Source of the DNA: Candidatus Eiseniibacteriota bacterium | Lineage (GTDB): Bacteria; Joyebacterota; Joyebacteria; Joyebacterales; Joyebacteraceae | Length of the DNA: 64,000 nt | Direction: 5' to 3' | Assembly: GCA_043819135.1 (NCBI GenBank) | Contig: JBDRFG010000130.1 | Span: forward strand, 16,005-80,004 | Part shown: positions 18,358 through 28,019 of the stretch, piece by piece | Layout of the letters: the number at the start of each line of letters is the position of its first letter | How positions within the stretch are numbered: position 1 is the stretch's first letter | Made by a program: the position numbers and the translations under genes | Notes under the pieces: generated by a model | What the model was told of the DNA's origin: nothing | Seen by the model: only the letters and a program-made list of their open reading frames with translations | Databases searched by the model: none

Positions 18358-19557
18358 ATGCCACGAGGAGCACTGCCGGCCGAGGGTCGGGCAGACACCC
18401 ATTTGGAGAAACCGATCCCGGTCCCTGAGAAGTTGAGGGACGCGGGAGGCGCCGCTCGCCCGTCGGGCGAGCGGCGGGTACAGCGTCGCGAGCCTTCGAA
18501 GCTCGGACGTTTTCTCTCATGGTATCTGATGAAGTTCAGGCGTCCAGAGCCGATCTCCTTCGGCGAGGCCTTTCGCAACGTGGAGAGGGTCCTCGTGATT
18601 CCCGAGAGAGGCGTCGCGGGCGCGCTCTTCTCCATGCCGACCCTGAAGGCGCTTCGACGTGGGTTTCCTGAAGGCAAGATAGCGATGCTTGTGCATGAGG
18701 AAGACCGGGAGCTTCTGGAGGGAACCACCGAGGTCGACCGCGTTATCGGCTACTCGCTGCCTCGCGGCATCAGACGCTTCTCCGCTCTGCTTTCGCTCGG
18801 CCACAGGATCGGCTCGTACAAGTTCGACATCGCGATGATCCTCGACAGGGAATTCGACATCGAGCGTGCGTTTCTCTGCTACCTCTCTCACGCCCCCGTT
18901 CGCGGAGGGCTCCAGAGCGACGACAGCCATCCGTTCTTCAACCTGGAAGTCTCCAGCAACGTCTCCGGGCAGACCCGTGCGCAGCTCGGCATCGAGATCG
19001 CGCGCGTCATGGGAATCGACGTGTCCGGACTGGGCCTCTCCTGGGAGATCCCGGAGCGCGAGCGACGGCTCGCCGAGCAGCTGATCCACTTCAGGAAGCC
19101 CAGAGAGGAAGAGCTTCTTGTGGGGTTCGACCCGGGTCCCGGCCGCGGGGGGACGTCGCTCTCGGTGTCGCAGCAGGCCCGGCTTCTCGACAAGCTCTGC
19201 TCCGACTACCAGGCGCGGGCCATCCTTCTGACGGCGCCGGAGCACCACTGGCTCATAGGGAAGCTCGAATCGATGCTGTCCAGAGAGCCCATAGTGGTTC
19301 AGCAGCGTCGCATGAGGGACGTCGTCAGTCTGCTTGGTCAGTGCGATCTCTTTGTAGCCAGCAACACCGATCTCGTCTATTTCGCCGTGGCGTTGGGAAT
19401 CCCGACCGTTTCGCTCATGACCCCCGTCGAGGTTCGGGACGCCGCGTTCCCAGACTCTAAGCTCCTCGAGATAGTAGAACTCAGGCCGGGCGAGCGGTTC
19501 CCGATTCAGGAGTTCATCGAACGGACTCAGGCAGTCCTCCTGACGGCCGCAGACTGA
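18358..19557 (+). CDS. Divergent glycosyltransferase family 9-like protein (start uncertain, possibly as late as ATG 18529)
   Basis: GT9 layout (RVLVI...P.LKALRR.FP...CDLFV...A.ALGIPTVSL), but the GD and NDSGPMH motifs are altered. Confidence 0.65.
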   Translation: MPRGALPAEGRADTHLEKPIPVPEKLRDAGGAARPSGERRVQRREPSKLGRFLSWYLMKFRRPEPISFGEAFRNVERVLVIPERGVAGALFSMPTLKALRRGFPEGKIAMLVHEEDRELLEGTTEVDRVIGYSLPRGIRRFSALLSLGHRIGSYKFDIAMILDREFDIERAFLCYLSHAPVRGGLQSDDSHPFFNLEVSSNVSGQTRAQLGIEIARVMGIDVSGLGLSWEIPERERRLAEQLIHFRKPREEELLVGFDPGPGRGGTSLSVSQQARLLDKLCSDYQARAILLTAPEHHWLIGKLESMLSREPIVVQQRRMRDVVSLLGQCDLFVASNTDLVYFAVALGIPTVSLMTPVEVRDAAFPDSKLLEIVELRPGERFPIQEFIERTQAVLLTAAD

Positions 19558-19570
19558 CGGGCGGAGCTTC

Positions 19571-21469
19571 ATGCATCTCTTCCTCAGGCTGATCGGATAC
19601 GTGAAACCGTACTGGCGCCGCCTCCTGGCGGCGCTGGTCTGCATGGCGCTCTTCGCGGTACTCTCGACGATATCGCTCGGGATGATCCTCCCGTTCATGA
19701 ACGTCCTGTTCTCTGAGCAGACTCTGGTCGCCGAGGGAGCGCCCGAGTCGGAGGCAGGCGATCTCTCGCTGTCGGTCGCCGGAGACCTGCCGCCCGTGGG
19801 TGGTCTTAAGGAAGAGCTCAAGGAACGCGTGCTCACGTTCTTTGCCAGCGGAACCGCGGGCGAGGCACTGGGAAAGATATGCGTCGGGTTCCTCGTGCTC
19901 TTTTTCATCAAGTCGCTGTTCGGCTATCTTCAGACGTTCCTCATGGTGACGGTCGAACAGCGCGTGATCCGCGACATCCGGAACGCGCTCTTCTCTCACC
20001 TGAACGAGCTGTCCCTCTCGTTCTTCCACGGACAGAGGACCGGGCAGCTGATATCCCGCATCACCAACGACGTGACGCTCGTGAGGAAGGCGCTCGTGGC
20101 GACCTTCGCGAATCTGTTCCGGGAGGCCCTTCTTGCGCTCCTCTACCTCGGGCTGGCGGTCTGGATCAGCTGGAGGCTCGCGCTGATCACCCTCGTTGTG
20201 CTTCCTCCCATCGTGCTTCTGATGGCTCAGATCGGCCGCAGGCTCAGGAAGAGAAGCGCCAGGCTGCAGGAGAAGATGGCCGACATCACATCGACGCTTG
20301 AGGAGTCGATCGCCGGCGTGCGCGTCGTCAAGGCGTTTGGGATGGAGGACTACGAGCGGGGGCGCTTCTTCGGGCACACGCGGAGCTATTTCCGCACGTC
20401 CCTACGGCTGGAGATCTTGAACGCCATGGCGGGGCCTCTCGTCGAGTACCTCGGTGTCATCGGCGTCGTCATTATCCTCTGGTACGGGGGCCGGCAGGTC
20501 GTGCTCGGCGGCGAGGTCACGCCGGATTGGTTTCTCGTCTTCTTAGGCGCGGTGCTCTCCGCCATGCAGCCGCTCAGAAAGGTGTCGCGCGCCAACAACG
20601 ACCTCCAGATCGGACTGGCTGCAGGCTCCCGGGTCTTCGATATACTTGACACCGAACCGTCCGTCGTCGGACCTGTCGACGGCAGAGTACTTGAGGGACT
20701 CGCCGAACGGATAACGTTTCACGGAGTGAGCTTCAGCTACGATACGGGCGACGAAGTGCTCCATGACATCGACCTCACCGTGTCCAGAGGAGAGGTGGTC
20801 GCGATCGTCGGACCGAGCGGCGCGGGGAAGTCCACACTGCTCGACCTCCTCGCGCGGTTCTATGATCCCACGGGCGGGCGCGTGACGGTCGACGGGACGG
20901 ACCTGCGGGACGTCGATCTCCCGTCATTGCGCCAGCTCCTGGGCATCGTGACGCAGGAGACCATTCTCTTCAACGACACGGTACGGAACAACATCGCGTA
21001 CGGCCTCGCCGGCGCCGCCGACCAGGAAGTGATGGACGCGGCCAGGGCGGCGAACGCGCACAGCTTCATCTCGGCGATGCCGGACGGCTACGACACCGAG
21101 ATAGGAGAGCGCGGAGTGATGCTCTCGGGCGGCGAACGCCAGCGCATTGCGATCGCCCGTGCCATCCTTAAGAACCCTCCGATTCTCATCCTGGACGAGG
21201 CGACGTCTTCGCTGGACACCGAGTCCGAGAGGCTTGTGCAGGAGGCGATCGAGCGCCTCCTCAGGGGGAGGACCGTTCTCGTGATCGCCCACAGGCTCTC
21301 GACTGTGCGGAACGCCGACAGGATCGTCGTGCTGGACCGGGGAACGCTCAAGGAGACCGGAACGCACGAGGACCTCATGAGTCTGGGAGGTCTCTATCGT
21401 TACCTCTACGACATGCAGTTCACGGACGAGCAGACCCGAAGGCCCGGAGAGCCCTCGCCCGCCGAATGA
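19571..21469 (+). CDS. msbA: MsbA-like lipid A-core flippase, ABC transporter permease/ATPase
   Basis: TM domain, GPSGAGKS, LSGGERQRIAIARA, LDEATS and IAHRLST motifs; located in the LPS operon. Confidence 0.85.
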   Translation: MHLFLRLIGYVKPYWRRLLAALVCMALFAVLSTISLGMILPFMNVLFSEQTLVAEGAPESEAGDLSLSVAGDLPPVGGLKEELKERVLTFFASGTAGEALGKICVGFLVLFFIKSLFGYLQTFLMVTVEQRVIRDIRNALFSHLNELSLSFFHGQRTGQLISRITNDVTLVRKALVATFANLFREALLALLYLGLAVWISWRLALITLVVLPPIVLLMAQIGRRLRKRSARLQEKMADITSTLEESIAGVRVVKAFGMEDYERGRFFGHTRSYFRTSLRLEILNAMAGPLVEYLGVIGVVIILWYGGRQVVLGGEVTPDWFLVFLGAVLSAMQPLRKVSRANNDLQIGLAAGSRVFDILDTEPSVVGPVDGRVLEGLAERITFHGVSFSYDTGDEVLHDIDLTVSRGEVVAIVGPSGAGKSTLLDLLARFYDPTGGRVTVDGTDLRDVDLPSLRQLLGIVTQETILFNDTVRNNIAYGLAGAADQEVMDAARAANAHSFISAMPDGYDTEIGERGVMLSGGERQRIAIARAILKNPPILILDEATSSLDTESERLVQEAIERLLRGRTVLVIAHRLSTVRNADRIVVLDRGTLKETGTHEDLMSLGGLYRYLYDMQFTDEQTRRPGEPSPAE

Positions 21470-21479
21470 CGGACGGGCG

Positions 21480-22502
21480 ATGGAGAGCGTCGTCGTGCTC
21501 AGGCTGAGTTCGGTGGGCGACGTTGTGCTGGCCGAGCCCGTTGTCGCCGCTCTTCACGAGGCGTACCCGTCCGCCCGGATCGGGTTCGCGGTCAAGAGGA
21601 GTTTCCGCGACCTCGTCGCGGCGCACCCGGCGATCCGACGCGTTCACGAACTCGACACATCGAGCCGAGGCGGAACGGCGGCGCTCGCACGTGAGCTGCG
21701 AGACGCCGACTACTCGGCCGTCGTCGATCTCCACAGGAACATGAGGACGTCGCGGATCGTCCGCTCGTCCCGGATCCCCGTTCGGTGTTCGTACCGCAAG
21801 CGCGAGGTCGGTGACGCCATTGGTGTCCGGCTTCTCAAGCGCCCGTTTCGCGCTCGCAAGATGCTCGTCCGCCGATATCTGGACTCGCTCGCGCCGCTCG
21901 GGATAGACGCGCCGACCCGGGCGCCCAGGCTCTACGTTGCGGGGTCGGACGTGGAGGCCGGTCGAGAGCGCCTGGAGCGACTGAACGTCGGCGCGGAGTC
22001 GTTCGCGGTCGTCGTGCCGGGCTCTGTGTGGGCGACGAAGCGATGGCCGTCCTCCAACTACGCGAAGCTCGCGGCGCGCCTGTTTTCGGAACTGGGGCTC
22101 AAGGTGGTGCTCCTGGGCTCGTCCGGGGAGCGCGAACTCTGCGACGAGATCGCCCGCAATGCCGGCGGCGGGGTACTGAGCGCGGCGGGCGAAACGACGC
22201 TGGGAGAGACCGCGGCGGTCATCGCCCGCGCGCGTCTTTTCGTCGGGAACGACAGCGGCCCCACTCACATGGCGATGGCATTGGACGTTCCCTCCGTGGC
22301 GCTCTTCGGCCCGACCGATCCGGGGCAGTTCGACTTCCGGCGACATTCGCTGGTCTACGCCGACCTGGGTTGCAGCGCGTGTTCCTTCTACGGGAGCGAG
22401 CGCTGCCGCCTGGGACACTGGGACTGCATGTTGTCCGTCGCGCCCGAGGACGTTGTGGGCGCGGCCTCCCGGCTTCTCGAGGAGAGGGGAGGCGACGCAT
22501 GA
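21480..22502 (+). CDS. GT9 heptosyltransferase-family protein
   Basis: RLSSVGDV, PGS.WATKRWP and GNDSGPTHMA.A...LFGPT motifs. Confidence 0.9.
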   Translation: MESVVVLRLSSVGDVVLAEPVVAALHEAYPSARIGFAVKRSFRDLVAAHPAIRRVHELDTSSRGGTAALARELRDADYSAVVDLHRNMRTSRIVRSSRIPVRCSYRKREVGDAIGVRLLKRPFRARKMLVRRYLDSLAPLGIDAPTRAPRLYVAGSDVEAGRERLERLNVGAESFAVVVPGSVWATKRWPSSNYAKLAARLFSELGLKVVLLGSSGERELCDEIARNAGGGVLSAAGETTLGETAAVIARARLFVGNDSGPTHMAMALDVPSVALFGPTDPGQFDFRRHSLVYADLGCSACSFYGSERCRLGHWDCMLSVAPEDVVGAASRLLEERGGDA

Positions 22503-23539
22503 GATGCCTGGTGGTTCAGACGGCCTTCCTCGGGGACGTGATTCTGACCGTTCCCCTCTTGGGGCTGCTGGAACGGGACCCGCGTGTCTCCAGGACCTTC
22601 GTCATTGCGGCGCCGCCGGGCGCGGGTTTTCTGGAGGGGCAGGGAGCCGCGGACCGCGTGATCGCGTATGACAAGCGCGGTCGGGACGCCGGTCACGCCG
22701 GGATGATGAGGGTCGTCCGCGAACTGAGGGAGCTGTCGATCGATGTTGCGCTCGTCCCTCACAGGTCGTTCAGGAGCGCGTTCGTGCCGCTCGCCGCGCG
22801 CGTGCCACGGCGCATCGGCTTCACCGTCAGCGGCGGCAGGTCGATGCTCACTGAGCGAGTTCCGTACCGGGCCGACGCCCACGAGATCGAGCGCGTCGCC
22901 GCTCTGGCCCGGCCGCTCGGCATCGATCTTCCCGGCGGACGCCTCCCGTTCGAGCTCAAGGTGCCTGACGGCCAGGACGAGGCCCTGGCCGCCACGCTCT
23001 CGGAGCGCGGCGCCGGAGGACGACGCCTCCGCCTGGTGGTGGCCCCCGGCAGCCGGTGGGCGACGAAGAGGTGGCTCCCGTCCAGGTTCGCGCAGGCCGC
23101 CGGCTCACTGGCTGGCGAGCTGTCCGCCGACGTCGCTGTTGTGGGGGCCGAGGAGGAAGCGGACGTGGGCGCCATGGTGTCCGCGGAGGCCGGACCGTCC
23201 GCGGTCGACCTGACCGGAACACTCCCGCTCGGACAGTTGCTCGCGCTCGTGTCCGGCGCCAGTCTCGTTCTGTCCAACGACTCAGCCGTGACGCACATCG
23301 CGGCGGGTCTGGGAGTCCCGGTAGTGACGGTGTTCGGTCCGACCGTCCCCGCGCAGGGCTTCGCGCCCTACACCGACCGCGCGCGGATCGTCGAGACCGA
23401 ACTCCCGTGCAGGCCCTGCGGGAGGCACGGGAGCGACCGCTGCCCCGTCGGGACGCTGGGCTGTATGGAGCTTGTCACGGTCGAGGACGTGGTGTCCGCC
23501 GGCCTGGACCTCGTCGGTGAGGAGCGTCCCGGTGCGTAG
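22499..23539 (+). CDS. GT9 heptosyltransferase-family protein
   Basis: QTAFLGDVILT, PHRSFRS, PGSRWATKRW, NDSAVTHIA and CRPCG.HG motifs; ATGA overlap at 22499. Confidence 0.9.
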   Translation: MRCLVVQTAFLGDVILTVPLLGLLERDPRVSRTFVIAAPPGAGFLEGQGAADRVIAYDKRGRDAGHAGMMRVVRELRELSIDVALVPHRSFRSAFVPLAARVPRRIGFTVSGGRSMLTERVPYRADAHEIERVAALARPLGIDLPGGRLPFELKVPDGQDEALAATLSERGAGGRRLRLVVAPGSRWATKRWLPSRFAQAAGSLAGELSADVAVVGAEEEADVGAMVSAEAGPSAVDLTGTLPLGQLLALVSGASLVLSNDSAVTHIAAGLGVPVVTVFGPTVPAQGFAPYTDRARIVETELPCRPCGRHGSDRCPVGTLGCMELVTVEDVVSAGLDLVGEERPGA

Positions 23540-24647
23540 AGCTCTCATCGTCACCGACTCACTCGTCTGGACCGCGGAAACGGAGTACGCGGTGACGGTC
23601 GCCGGCGCCGAGTCGGGTATGGGGGCGGGCGTGACGTTCGCGGCGCCCGCGGAGAGCCCCGTGTCCGGTCGCCTCGGAGAGGGTGTCGAATTCCTGGAGC
23701 TCCCCGGCGCCTCGCCGTCGAGTTCCATCGCCGACTTCGTCGCCGACGCGCGGTTCCTGTCGGGGCTGGTCCGGCGGGGCGGGTACGACGTCGTTCACTC
23801 GTCGAGACCGACGGCACACATTCTGACGACGCTCGCCTGCGGCGGGCGCGTTCCGCTCGTTCACCTTCGGGGCAGCGCCTCCGCGCCGTCGGGCCACGCG
23901 GCGAACAGGTTACTCTACGGCGCAGCAACCGCGGTCGTCATCGCGTCGTCGTCGCGGGTCAAGAACTGGGTGGAAGAGCGTCTCGGCGTTCCCGCTGACC
24001 GCGTGCACAGGCTCCTGGCGCCGGTCGCCCCCTCGTGGTTCGAACAACCGTCCCGTCCGGGCGACGCGGTCGACAAGCTCGGTCTGCCGCCCGGCGCTCC
24101 GATCGTTCTAAACGTCGCAAGGCTGGCGCCCATCAAGGGTCACGGGGTGCTTCTCGAAGCGATGGCGCGCGTGGTCGCGGCCGGGACCGACGCCGTTCTC
24201 CTGCTGGTCGGAGAGCCATGGTCGGGCCAGCCCGAGGGCCTCAAGAGTCAGGCGCTCCGGCTGGGTATACAGGACCGGGTCTTCTTCGCCGGCAGGCGCG
24301 AGGACGTCAGGGAGCTCGTTGGTGCGTCAGCCGTCTGTGTCACCTCGTCCATCGGGAGCGAGGAGAACTCGCGGGCCGTCGGTGAGTACATGGCGGCCGC
24401 CCGCCCGGTGGTCGCTACCAACGTGGGCGTGATCCCCGAACTCGTCGTCGACGGCGAGACCGGATTCGTCGTTCCGCCGAGCGATCCGGCGCGGATGTCC
24501 GATGCGATCCTGCGGCTTCTCGAGGACGGCGCGCTCGCCCGGCGCATGGGGGCGGGGGGCAGAGAGGTCGCGAAGAGCCTGCTTTCGCCTGACGCTTTCG
24601 TGCGCGGGCTTGAGGGAGCGCTTCAAAACGCGGGAGCAGGGCGATGA
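23532..24647 (+). CDS. GT4 glycosyltransferase
   Basis: VARLAPIKGH, SEENSRAVGEYMAA and VGVIPE motifs; GTG start after GAGGAG. Confidence 0.85.
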   Translation: MRRALIVTDSLVWTAETEYAVTVAGAESGMGAGVTFAAPAESPVSGRLGEGVEFLELPGASPSSSIADFVADARFLSGLVRRGGYDVVHSSRPTAHILTTLACGGRVPLVHLRGSASAPSGHAANRLLYGAATAVVIASSSRVKNWVEERLGVPADRVHRLLAPVAPSWFEQPSRPGDAVDKLGLPPGAPIVLNVARLAPIKGHGVLLEAMARVVAAGTDAVLLLVGEPWSGQPEGLKSQALRLGIQDRVFFAGRREDVRELVGASAVCVTSSIGSEENSRAVGEYMAAARPVVATNVGVIPELVVDGETGFVVPPSDPARMSDAILRLLEDGALARRMGAGGREVAKSLLSPDAFVRGLEGALQNAGAGR

Positions 24648-25765
24648 GGATACTCTTCGTGAATTCTCTGCGCTCGATGGGCGGCGGTGAGCGGTGGCTC
24701 ATCGAGGTCAACTCCGCGCTTGTAGCCCGGGGGCACGAGACGGCGTTCGCCGTCAGGCAGGGCGGTGAACTCGCGCGGCTCCTGCGCGCCGAGGGACGGC
24801 GCACCCTCGAACTGCCCATGCGCGGCGACGGCGACGTCCTCTCCATGGCGAATCTCTCACGATGGATACGAGAACTGAGGACGGAACTCGTCAGCGTCAA
24901 CGTGCAGAGAGCGGTCAGGATCGGGGCGCCGGCGGCACGGGCCGCGGGCGTGCGGGCGGTGGTAGAGCGCCGCGGGCTTCTGTTCCCCCTCAAGCCCACC
25001 GCGCTCAACAGATTCATCTACGGCCGCATGGTCAGCCGCGTCATCGCGAACTGTGATGCGATCCGGCGCGACCTGGTCGGGACCGGCCTCGTTACCATCG
25101 ACCGCGTCACCGTCATCCCGAACGGGATCGACTCCAGGCGCGTCCGGTCCGGCGGGGGAGCCGCCCTGCGCGACGAGCTGGGGCTCGACGCGGCCGCGCC
25201 GGTCGTGGCTGTAATCGGGAGGCTAGGTCCGGACAAGGGCCACCGTGTCGCCATCAAGGCCTTCGCGGAGCTCCTGCGCGTCAGACCCGAGGCGAGACTT
25301 CTCATTGCCGGGGCGGGTCACCTCGAAGAGGACCTGACGCGGTTCGCGGCGAGTCTCGTACCGAGCGGGGCCGCGATGCTCCTCGGGCACAGGGACGACG
25401 TTGACGCGGTCCTGGACGCGGCGGATGTGGTTCTGGTCACGAGCTTCCGCGAGGGGATGCCACACGTCGTGCTGGAGGCGATGGCGGCGGGCACTCCCAT
25501 CGTCGCCACCGCCGTTGCCGGTATTCCAGAGATGATCGAGGACGGGAAGGAGGGCATTCTCATTCCCGTGGGGTCACACACGGCCGCGGCGAAGGCGGTC
25601 GGGAGCATTCTCGCCGACGCCGCCCGTGCCGGTGAGCTTGCCGGGGCGGCGCGGCGACGCGTCGAGACAGACTTCGGACTCGAGACGATGGTGGATCGCG
25701 TGGAGCGCTGCTTCGAACGCGAGATAGAGACCGGCGGCAGGCCCGGGGGAGCGTCAGTGGCATGA
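24644..25765 (+). CDS. GT4 glycosyltransferase
   Basis: GGGE, IPNGID, GRL..DKGH and EGMP.VVLEAMAAG motifs. Confidence 0.9.
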   Translation: MRILFVNSLRSMGGGERWLIEVNSALVARGHETAFAVRQGGELARLLRAEGRRTLELPMRGDGDVLSMANLSRWIRELRTELVSVNVQRAVRIGAPAARAAGVRAVVERRGLLFPLKPTALNRFIYGRMVSRVIANCDAIRRDLVGTGLVTIDRVTVIPNGIDSRRVRSGGGAALRDELGLDAAAPVVAVIGRLGPDKGHRVAIKAFAELLRVRPEARLLIAGAGHLEEDLTRFAASLVPSGAAMLLGHRDDVDAVLDAADVVLVTSFREGMPHVVLEAMAAGTPIVATAVAGIPEMIEDGKEGILIPVGSHTAAAKAVGSILADAARAGELAGAARRRVETDFGLETMVDRVERCFEREIETGGRPGGASVA

Positions 25766-26811
25766 GAGAGAGGCGGTTCGATCCCACGTCCGTACGGTCG
25801 ATCCTGGTCATCCGGCTCTACTTCATCGGTGACGTGCTGCTGAGCACGCCGGTGCTGGACGCGCTCAAGAGAGCGTTCCCGGACGCGTCACTGGCCGTGC
25901 TCGTGAAGTCACGCGCGGTGGACGTGCTCAGGAACAACCCGAACGTCGACGAGGTGATCGAGTACGACGCGGTGCCCGGATACCACAACCCGGTCTGGCT
26001 GGGTCGCCTGGCGCGGAGGCTGCGTCGGGCACGCTTCGACCTGGCGGTCGACCTCACGGGTGACCTTCGCAGCTCGTGGCTTCTTCTCGCCGCCGACCCT
26101 GGCTTTCGCGTCGGTTTCAATCACGCCGGGTTCGGATTCCTGCTCGACCGGAGTATCCCGTACCGGGCGAGCGGGCACGGCGTCGACCACCTGCTCAGTG
26201 CGGTCGCGCCGGTCGGGGCCGAGACGGACGACGCCTCGCCGAGGCTCTACCTGACCGATGGTGAAATGCGGGAGGCCGAGCGTCTGCTCGAGGGTCACGG
26301 ACTGGGACGCGACCATCCGTTCGTCGGCCTCGCCCCGGGCGCTAACCGGCCGTACCGGCGTTGGGGAGCCGAGCGGTTCGGCGCGCTCGCGTGTGCGCTT
26401 CGGGACCGGTTGGGCCTGGTGAGCGTGGTCACGGGCTCGCGCTCGGACGCAGGCCTGGCGGAACACGTGGTCTCGCACTCGGACGGCGCCGCGGTGAGCC
26501 TGGCCGGCGAGACCGACATAAGAGGACTGGCCGGCGTCGCGGCGAGGTCTGCCGTCTTCGTTGCCAACGACAGCGGGCCGATGCACGTGGCCGCCTCGCA
26601 GGGGACGCCGGTGGTGGGGCTGTTCGGATCGAGCACGCCGGAGATATACGCGCCTCGCGGCGGACCATCGCGCGTGGTCTGGCACAGGTACCCGTGCAGT
26701 CCGTGTGACCAGAAGACCTGCGTTCGCGAGGACGGCCCGTGCATGAAAGCGATAGAGGTTTCGGAGGTTCTCGACGCGGTGGAATCGCTTCTCTCGGAGG
26801 GTAACCGGTGA
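25762..26811 (+). CDS. GT9 heptosyltransferase-family protein
   Basis: RLYFIGDVLLSTP, NDSGPMHVA and CSPC motifs. Confidence 0.9.
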   Translation: MRERRFDPTSVRSILVIRLYFIGDVLLSTPVLDALKRAFPDASLAVLVKSRAVDVLRNNPNVDEVIEYDAVPGYHNPVWLGRLARRLRRARFDLAVDLTGDLRSSWLLLAADPGFRVGFNHAGFGFLLDRSIPYRASGHGVDHLLSAVAPVGAETDDASPRLYLTDGEMREAERLLEGHGLGRDHPFVGLAPGANRPYRRWGAERFGALACALRDRLGLVSVVTGSRSDAGLAEHVVSHSDGAAVSLAGETDIRGLAGVAARSAVFVANDSGPMHVAASQGTPVVGLFGSSTPEIYAPRGGPSRVVWHRYPCSPCDQKTCVREDGPCMKAIEVSEVLDAVESLLSEGNR

Positions 26812-28019
26812 CGGACGGAACCGGAAGGACGCCGGACATCGTCTGCGTGTCGACCAACCACTGGACCGGGCTGCCGACCAGCAAGCAGCACCTGACCTGG
26901 GTGTTCTCGCGCACGGGGCGCGTTCTGTACGTGGACCCGCCTATCGACGTCTTCTCGACCTTCGGCCGGTTCAGACGCTGGCCGAAGCTCAGGGGTCTGA
27001 GGAACGTCCGCGAGCACGCGTGGGTGCTGTCGCCGCTCGTTCTCGCGAGCAGCTCAAGTCCGATGTCGCGTCTTGCGTTCCATCGGCGCGCCGCATCCCG
27101 GGTGCGGGCCGTGTGCGACCGCTTGGGGTTCGAACGGCCTGTCCTCTGGACCTTCACTCCGGAGCATCGACCGTACGCCGGAGCCCTGGGCGAGTCGCTG
27201 GTCGTGTACCACGTGGCCGACGACCTTCCCGCGATGAGTCGGGACCCCGGGGCGATGGCGGAGCTGGAGAGGGCCCACGTGAAGGTGGCAGACGTCCTCT
27301 TCGTCGTATCCGAGGCGCTGCTCGACAAGGTGCGCCACACCGGGAAGGCCCATCGTCTGCCTAACGCCGCCGACGCGAGGCACTTCCGCCGCGTGCTCGC
27401 CGGCGACGAGGATGCATCGATGGAATCGTTCACGGAGGCCGTCACCCGCCCATCACGAGTGCCACCCGAGTTCGAGGGCGCCCGCCGCCCGATCCTTCTC
27501 TATGGAGGGGCGACCTATCAGTGGTTCGACACCGAGCTCTTCCTGGAGCTTGCCGGCAGACGGCCCGACTGGACGTTTGCGCTCGTCGGTCCGACGAAGG
27601 GCCGGCTTTCGCGGGGTGGACTGCCGCACAACGTCCTGCCGGTCGGCAGAAGGAGCTACGATGAATTCCCGTGGTACGTCGCCAACGCGGACGTCGCGAT
27701 AATGCCGTGGCGGGACGACGACATCACCCGCAACGCGGATCCGATCGGTCTCTACGAGTATCTGCTCTGCGGGAAGCCGGTGGTGGCCAGCCCCTTCCCG
27801 GCGGCGCTCGAGCGGGGAGGGCTCGTTCGCACGGCGACCACGGCGGCCGGGTTCGCCGATGCGGTCGTCGACGCCCTGGACGAGGACGGCGCCTCCGAAG
27901 AGGCGCTGGCTCGCATGCGTTTCGGATTCGAGAACACGTGGGAGAAGAGAGCGCAGGAGGCGCTCGACCACATTGCCGCGGTCCTGGCGAAACGACGCCG
28001 TGAGGGAGGGAGCGGCTGA
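26808..28019 (+). CDS. Glycosyltransferase, GT-B fold (TuaH-like)
   Basis: W...PTSKQHL, YHVADD, LPNAAD and DPI.LYEYL.CGKPVV motifs. Confidence 0.8.
   Translation: MTDGTGRTPDIVCVSTNHWTGLPTSKQHLTWVFSRTGRVLYVDPPIDVFSTFGRFRRWPKLRGLRNVREHAWVLSPLVLASSSSPMSRLAFHRRAASRVRAVCDRLGFERPVLWTFTPEHRPYAGALGESLVVYHVADDLPAMSRDPGAMAELERAHVKVADVLFVVSEALLDKVRHTGKAHRLPNAADARHFRRVLAGDEDASMESFTEAVTRPSRVPPEFEGARRPILLYGGATYQWFDTELFLELAGRRPDWTFALVGPTKGRLSRGGLPHNVLPVGRRSYDEFPWYVANADVAIMPWRDDDITRNADPIGLYEYLLCGKPVVASPFPAALERGGLVRTATTAAGFADAVVDALDEDGASEEALARMRFGFENTWEKRAQEALDHIAAVLAKRRREGGSG

Noticed and set aside
18240..18410. Assignment of the structured region as a cobalamin riboswitch or 6S RNA
   Set aside because: Only fragments resemble these families (GGGAA...CTGTAAC...CTGCC; AACAT..GGGA...CACCCA). 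The conserved T-loop, B12 box and 6S central bubble could not be built, and the downstream genes are unrelated to B12.
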